The notes below the pieces were generated by a model. The model was not told the origin of the DNA and searched no databases. It saw only the letters and a list, made by a program, of their open reading frames with translations. A stretch of DNA of 64,000 nucleotides from an uncultured Methanosarcinaceae archaeon (GTDB taxonomy: Archaea > Halobacteriota > Methanosarcinia > Methanosarcinales > Methanosarcinaceae), in the NCBI GenBank assembly GCA_963733675.1, contig CAVTET010000005.1, forward strand, positions 224,001 to 288,000. The letters are read 5' to 3'. Below, piece after piece: positions 57,841 to 64,000 of the stretch (the first letter of the stretch is position 1; each line of letters begins with the position of its first letter). Position numbers and translations under genes: made by a program.

Positions 57841-58695
57841 TTAATATTTCGTAGGCTTAGAATTCTTCGAAACTTTAGCTGTTTTTTTAATATGTTCACT
57901 GTAGGACTTAACACATTCAATAGCTTGTTTCACGTCAGAGTTTAAGGCTCCAAAATTTCCATTATTATATTCTCCGACTCCAGAATTAGCATAAACTGCT
58001 ACCTTGTTAGCCTGTACCATTGCTAACCGATATTCGGCCTTTGTGTCTTGTAAATCAGGCGATACATTGCACAAATCACTATTTTCGATAGCTTTCTGGC
58101 TATCTGTATACAAAATACCTGCATAAGTAGAAAGTGATGTGGTATCGTAGTTCTTTCCAGCAATAGTTAGATATTTCATATCATTATCCACTTGTTTCGT
58201 ATCTGATACACACGTTGTCGACCATTTAGAATCTTGATATTTTGTTGTTTCATGTATCGGTGTAGGAGTTGGCTTTGTAGCTTCTATTGGTGTTGTTGTC
58301 GGAGTTGGTGTTGAAACTGAAGTTGGTGTAAGTTTAGATGGTACTGCTATTGTACTACCATTAACTTCTGACAGAGGTGCTATTATTACCCTGGCATTAT
58401 TTGTATTATTATTTATTGCAGTAGGGGTCGCAGGGAATGCGGCAATTGTTACTATCACTAGACAAAACAAAAGAAAAAATATCATAAATCCAGGAATTGA
58501 AGTATTCATTCTCTTTTTCAATTGATTCGTAGCTAGAGGAATTGTTAAAATCGCTGCTAGAATAAAAAGCAGGCCTTCAATATAGCCATGTAAAATCATT
58601 GAGAATAAACTCACGACAAAAAAGAAGGCTACGAAAGCGTAAAGAATAATACCAATAAATGGGGTATTTTTCAGCTCTTTTAAAACTCCATCCAC
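57841..58695 (-). CDS. Membrane protein with a Pro/Thr-rich linker and a helical C-terminal domain
   Basis: Three hydrophobic segments and a TPTPTTTP linker. Confidence 0.75.
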   Translation of the reverse strand: MDGVLKELKNTPFIGIILYAFVAFFFVVSLFSMILHGYIEGLLFILAAILTIPLATNQLKKRMNTSIPGFMIFFLLFCLVIVTIAAFPATPTAINNNTNNARVIIAPLSEVNGSTIAVPSKLTPTSVSTPTPTTTPIEATKPTPTPIHETTKYQDSKWSTTCVSDTKQVDNDMKYLTIAGKNYDTTSLSTYAGILYTDSQKAIENSDLCNVSPDLQDTKAEYRLAMVQANKVAVYANSGVGEYNNGNFGALNSDVKQAIECVKSYSEHIKKTAKVSKNSKPTKY

Positions 58696-59404
58696 TTTTC
58701 CACCTTCTAGTTACTTTGAGTATTTATCAATTCAAACTCAAAATTGTAATTTATATTGAGTTTATAAAGAATATGTAAAATATATCATAATTTAATATAT
58801 ATAAATATGAAAGAATCAATAGTCTTTATCTTTTGTTTTGCTCGATACATCTTCCTTATTTTTTAAGAACTTTCATTCCAGAGCTTATAGGAATGTACAA
58901 GTTTCGATCGATTACATTCCAGCAAATGCAAAAAAATAGTGAGAAACACTGATGTAAAATCAATAAATCTCACTGAGATCTATTTAATTACGATAATAAG
59001 GTTGGAACGTACATCTGAAGCAGCGGATAATCTACATTATAATCGTGAAAATGAGACAGTATTTAGTCTTAAACTAGCAAACATAAGATTAAATCGGACT
59101 GGAAAATAAACTGATTTGTTTGAAATAGAAGAGGAAGGCTTTTGACTATACACTTAAGCTTGTGAGTTGGGTGATAGTGCAAAAATGGTGGTGAGAAGTT
59201 GACTTTGAGAACACACATATATTTACATTAAACATCTGCATCATTGAAAACAACAAGATATAAGCTTTGTAAGTAAAAAGTTGACTCTACTTTTTGTTTG
59301 TTGTGATTAAATAAAGCGATACAGAGGCAATCAAAATTTACAGATTTTTATGTACATTACTATGAGAGCAGAGTTAACGTTCAAACTTTGAATCTATTAC
59401 AGGT

Positions 59405-59995
59405 GTCAATACTCAATGATTGGCAAGGCCATCTCACTGTTTAAGGTAGATGAAGCTAATACAAACCTAAAGCTACAACTTCCTGTATTCCTTTTCAGGT
59501 TGTTGAGGATTGCCTCATTTTCGTCGAAATTCACATTTTTAGGTTGAATTTGTAGCAATTTTTCTCTTCTAGCACAAATTTCATAAAAAATAGCAATTAT
59601 AGCTCGATCTCTGGAACTTAGATATGAATCACTTAGTTTTTCAAATTTTTTCTCTGATCAGATGTCTGCAGGGATTCCCCATTTTTTAAATTTCCACAAC
59701 TTTATTACGGCTCAGAACGATTTACAAAGGTAGAATTTCTTTAAAATCATTTGGATTTTTTTGTTTTGCACTGGGCGGGTATTTAACGGCCTTACCAGCT
59801 TTGACGTATGTATAAACAAGTATAAAATCTAGATAATCGTAAGTAACATCTGGAGTAGATCCCTAAATTATCTTATCAACACCATTCTATGAAACAGTAG
59901 AAGGGTAATTCCAGCAGTTGCGATTGTTACTTATTCCAGTCCATCTGCTTAATATTTCCTCGAATAATCTTTTGAGATTTTTGAATCACTCATGC
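59405..59995 (-). pseudogene. Tyrosine recombinase/integrase remnant
   Basis: ILKKFY, then EKL...LSSRDRAIIAIFYEICARREKLLQIQPKNVNFDEN (box I region RD.A.....Y..G.R..E), with stops. Confidence 0.7.
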
Positions 59996-60451
59996 TAAAT
60001 TAATAGAATTAATCTTAGATAAACAATAAACGTTTTTATGGTAGTTTTCTGTAAACTATATATATTTCCACAACTGCAAAACGAAAAAAGGGCAGAAAGG
60101 AAGGTCAAATAAGAATGAAAATCTGTCATTCACTATGGTGAAGTGCAAAAGTTGCTATGAATAAAGAAATTAAACTGAATAGAAAAGGATGGCATTGAAG
60201 GTTAAATACTTGCAAGCAATTACTCAATATTGATGCTGAAAAGATGATGAAATACTCCAAAAACAAAAGTAATGTGGAGAAAAAGCTTAGGCTTTTAAAG
60301 ATAAAAGTTCAAGATCTCCGAGATTGAATTAAAGCTCCAATTCAACCGCCAAGGAGTTCCTAATATCGGTCTAATTAGAACAGAATAATAGATACTTTTC
60401 TATCTCAGATATCCTGGTAGATACACAAATATTTAATATAAATTTATGAGC

Positions 60452-60628
60452 TCATTGAGCCCATAAGGCAATTATTTTATCGATAGCTACATGTGTAAAT
60501 TTTCCTTCGTTATTGAGAGTAAGAACATTATCAGCACAAGCTTCAATGGTTCCCCTGAAAACATCCGGCCCGCCACAATAAACATCTACAGCCTTGTTGA
60601 GATAATGTTCTACTATAAAGGATTGCAT
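60452..60628 (-). CDS. 58-aa conserved small protein (MM0924-like, Sm/LSm-like fold)
   Basis: MQSFIVEHYLNKAVDVYCGGPDVFRGTIEACADNVLTLNNEGKFTHVAIDKIIALWAQ with GGAGGT upstream. Below the ORF-track cutoff. Confidence 0.75.
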   Translation of the reverse strand: MQSFIVEHYLNKAVDVYCGGPDVFRGTIEACADNVLTLNNEGKFTHVAIDKIIALWAQ

Positions 60629-61462
60629 CAAGTTCCTTACCTCCGTTTCTTTATTGCCCGGTTATTAACATATTTGTTTTGCTGACACACACCAGCTTAA
60701 AATCTGCAGGTTTTTGCCTAATTGTAACTATTCACTCTTTTCTTATAAATATATTTAAGAATTAAAGCTGATTTTCATGATTCTATTCGAAGATGCATTA
60801 AAAGAAAATTCAATATTTCTTAAATTTTCACTTCCTTATAACCGAAGCTATCATATACAGTTATACTTAATGTGAAGATCAAAATATATTGTTTTCATCA
60901 TATGATTTTGGACGTAATCACAAAATTGAATCAAAACAAATATAGTCTATTGAGGCTGTTTTACAACCTCTAAGAGACTGTGCAAATATCAAAATCAAGG
61001 GTTCACTTACAGTGAGGATATTTTTTGTACAGTTGGGAGAATATCAGGAAACAAGAATTAAGTTCACTTCGTATCAAAAGATTTATACTCATAATATCTA
61101 GTGCACAAAATACCCATGCGCAACAAGCTTAAAAAAACTAAACATTTTAAACATTGAAGAAATTGTCCAATCGAATGAAACTATTCTTATTCAAGACAAA
61201 TAATAATTCGAAAAATAAATAAGAGTTATGATTTATCCGTTGATTAATCCAATAATCCTTATTGCGGAAAAAAGATCAATTTTATGCAAAATACGCAATA
61301 CTTGGCCAGGCTAAAAAAGGGACAAGTTTTTCAGTCATATTTCCCTTTATATCACTAGCAAAAGCTAAAGGTATAATACGTCTCTATTCCGGTAGAAAAA
61401 CGGGAATAGAAGTTGAATATCTATATTTTATAACTTAATTGAAGCCTCGGCTTCGAAAATAA

Positions 61463-61551
61463 GCGAATCTCGATAAAACTCTGATCAGCAAACGTAATTT
61501 ATACACTATTCAGATGCACATGAAGAAATTTAGGAGTCTGTCGAAATTCTC
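61463..61551 (+). mobile_element. 89-bp MITE copy
   Basis: GCGAATCTCGATAAAACTC ... CACATGAAGAAATTTAGGAGTCTGTCGAAATTCTC. Confidence 0.75.
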
Positions 61552-61596
61552 TATAATTTTACTATTTTCCTTCACAACTATATTACCATAAGAATA

Positions 61597-62793
61597 TTAT
61601 GGAATAATATCGTTGCAGACCTCCAAAATCTTTCTAGCAACACTATTCCAACTGTGATTTTCAACGACATACTTGCGACCTTTTTCTCCCAAGGTAGCTC
61701 GAGTACTCTCATCGGAAATTAATCCTAATATGGCGGTTGCAAGTTCCCCAGGATTTTCTGGATTCACAGTGATTCCTCCTCCCGAAAACTCAATTAAATC
61801 TTTAACACCTGGAATACTACTTGCTACCATCGGCTTTCCACAGGCAAGATATTCGTATGTTTTCAAAGCTGAAAGCCCTATTTTCGAGTTCCTTTTTTTA
61901 ATAAAAGGTGCAACACAGATCTCAGACGCATTTATGTATAGAGGAACACTTTCGTAAGGAACCCTCCCAGTGAAGATGAACTTATCAGAAAGCCGTAATT
62001 CGGAAGTTATTTTGAGTAATTTATTTTTCATAACCCCATCACCAACAACTAGAAAACGAACTTCAGGGTGTTTTTCTAGAATTAAAGGAGATGCATAAAT
62101 CAGGAACTCAACACCTTGCCAGGCTGCAAGGTGCCCGACAAAGCATATATATTTTTTTGAATTTTCTAACCCAAGTTCTTTTTTTGCTTGTTCTTGGTCC
62201 ATAGGCTTGAATAAATCGGTATTTGCACCATTATTGATAACAAAGATCTTATCCTGAGGTATAGAATACAATCTAACAATTTCATCTCTGAGTTTATCTG
62301 TAACAGAAACTATTCTGTCACAATACTTGTAATTGAGTTTTTCAGAATGGAGTGCAAGATAAGAAAAAACCTTGTATGCAAATGATTTGGAATTCGTATT
62401 TACTTCTAACTCATCTAAAACTAGTCCGTTGACTTCCACAACTAAAGGAATTTTCAAAATTTTACATATGAACATAGGCAAGAACGGGAAAGAATTCTGG
62501 CGGAGATAAAGTATATCAGGCCTATTCTTGATACACGAATAAAGAAGATAAAATGAGAGCATAATTTCGTAAGATGGCTGTATGAGATACTTATTGTTTA
62601 TTACAGGCACGTACTTTATTCCGGAAATAGCACGATTTTCACCCTTTGGATCAGGAGCGAAAAGGACTATATTCGTATATATTTTAAAATTCTTGAGGAG
62701 CTCAAGTACATGTATATTTGAACCTGATTTAATATTGAAGGATCCGTAAAAAACTAAAAAAATATTATTTACTTTTTTGAACATAGTTTCCAT
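61597..62793 (-). CDS. GT4-family glycosyltransferase
   Basis: NGANTDLFKP, FVGHL..QG, LVVGDG and EYLACGKPMV motifs. Confidence 0.92.
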   Translation of the reverse strand: METMFKKVNNIFLVFYGSFNIKSGSNIHVLELLKNFKIYTNIVLFAPDPKGENRAISGIKYVPVINNKYLIQPSYEIMLSFYLLYSCIKNRPDILYLRQNSFPFLPMFICKILKIPLVVEVNGLVLDELEVNTNSKSFAYKVFSYLALHSEKLNYKYCDRIVSVTDKLRDEIVRLYSIPQDKIFVINNGANTDLFKPMDQEQAKKELGLENSKKYICFVGHLAAWQGVEFLIYASPLILEKHPEVRFLVVGDGVMKNKLLKITSELRLSDKFIFTGRVPYESVPLYINASEICVAPFIKKRNSKIGLSALKTYEYLACGKPMVASSIPGVKDLIEFSGGGITVNPENPGELATAILGLISDESTRATLGEKGRKYVVENHSWNSVARKILEVCNDIIP

Positions 62794-62841
62794 TACCAGA
62801 ATGACAAAAGTAGTTAATTAGTTTTATCCCATCATTTTGTG

Positions 62842-62928
62842 GGGTATTTTAATAACTCTTTGATTCATGGGCCGCTTATATACTCAAAATAAACATGTAA
62901 CGAAATTTAGGAGTTTATCGAAATACAT
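62842..62928 (+). mobile_element. Degenerate MITE copy
   Basis: Right part ACGAAATTTAGGAGTTTATCGAAAT; weak left IR GGGTATTTTAATAACTC. Confidence 0.6.
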
Positions 62929-63077
62929 CATATGTCATTTTTCTTAAATTAGGAAAGTGGTTTAATACCGATCTTGAAAACGATAATTTAATCCACTTTT
63001 AGGAGATGTATTATATAGGATTAACTCTCTTGTTTTTCTGTTTTTAGCCTGTCCGAAGCGAAAAAAGGTAAAAAGCT

Positions 63078-64000
63078 ATGAAAATACTAGAAGTATGTCA
63101 GGAATTTCCTAACAGGTATTATCCTCAACTTGGGACATTCATAAAACAAAGTATTGATTCAATTGCAAAACAGAAAGTAAACGTTACTGTTGTTTCCCCA
63201 AAACCTATTGTGATCCCTTTTTCTGCATTTCCATATCATAATTTTTCCAAACTACCGCAGATTGAGCACACTGAAAAATACGATTTGCACTATCCACGCT
63301 ATTTATACATAGTTCCTAAAAAGTATTTTTACCCCCTAACAGGAATCTCATATGCTTATTTCATATCCAGATACGCAATTAAAAACATAAAACCAAAACC
63401 TGATCTTCTCCATGCACACTTTTCATATCCTGATGGATTTGGGATGATAGGGCTTGCAAAGAAATGGAAGGTTCCTTTTGTAATAAGTGCACTAGGCACG
63501 TTAGAAAGGAAAGTAGCATATGAGGGATCCTACACCTCAAGGCAAATATTTGAGGCTATGAATTGTGCGGATAAGGTTCTTTCTGTCAGTGAAGACCTAA
63601 AAAATCATATAGTAAATCTTGGAATAAGCGAAGATAAGGTCAGCGTGGTTCCAAACGGCGTTGATATAGAGAGGTTCAAGCCCGCAGGAAAAGAGTATGC
63701 AAGAAATATGTTAAATTTACCTCAAGATAAAAAAATTGTTCTGTTTGTGGGAGCCCTAAAAAAAATTAAAGGTGTAGACTACCTTATTGAGGCTGCGAAA
63801 AGTTTTCTGGACACTAATATTAGTCTTTATATGGTTGGTAGGGATGATGGCATGAAAAAAAGCCTGGAAAAAAGAGCACATGAGCTCAAAATTGACAATT
63901 ATATTAAATTTACCGGGCCCGTAAACCATGAAGACATTCCTCTTTGGCTCTCAGCCTCGGACATACTGGTGCTTCCATCCCTTTCCGAGGGTAGACCAAA
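63078..64000 (+). CDS. GT4-family glycosyltransferase (runs off the window)
   Basis: Open frame from MKILEVCQEFP through HAHFSYPDG, VPNGVD, FVG...KG and LPSLSEGRP to the window end. Not in the ORF track. Confidence 0.92.
   Translation, partial: MKILEVCQEFPNRYYPQLGTFIKQSIDSIAKQKVNVTVVSPKPIVIPFSAFPYHNFSKLPQIEHTEKYDLHYPRYLYIVPKKYFYPLTGISYAYFISRYAIKNIKPKPDLLHAHFSYPDGFGMIGLAKKWKVPFVISALGTLERKVAYEGSYTSRQIFEAMNCADKVLSVSEDLKNHIVNLGISEDKVSVVPNGVDIERFKPAGKEYARNMLNLPQDKKIVLFVGALKKIKGVDYLIEAAKSFLDTNISLYMVGRDDGMKKSLEKRAHELKIDNYIKFTGPVNHEDIPLWLSASDILVLPSLSEGRP

Overview
AT-rich archaeal chromosome, most likely Methanosarcina, judged from the IS families, HisKA_2 kinase, DUF2180/DUF2769-type small proteins and long intergenic spaces. 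Intact housekeeping blocks are folD-glyA-purN, a glmU-glmS-glmM-glmU operon, an ABC-2 exporter, a second phosphohexomutase, larC, a TetR regulator and two divergent GT4 glycosyltransferases. Between them lies heavily decayed accessory DNA: three nearly identical intact IS6 copies, relics of IS5 (three types), IS701, IS110, IS200 and IS256, a tyrosine-integrase relic, a virus/plasmid-like relic, and many pseudogenes (ClC, PAS kinase, LarB, aldo-keto reductase, cupin, MBL hydrolase, TPR genes). Most notable signals outside the ORF track: (1) a dispersed ~89-bp MITE family sharing its 19-bp terminal inverted repeats with a decayed IS5; (2) a perfect 100-bp inverted duplication at 18973-19211 starting at the end of one MITE half; (3) a TrmO/TsaA-like barrel fused to a class I methyltransferase, inside an IS6-bracketed segment next to a redox-stress gene cluster. 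I found no rRNA, tRNA or CRISPR array. I found no clearly new multi-gene system. All family calls come from motif recognition by eye, not database searches, and pseudogene boundaries are approximate.
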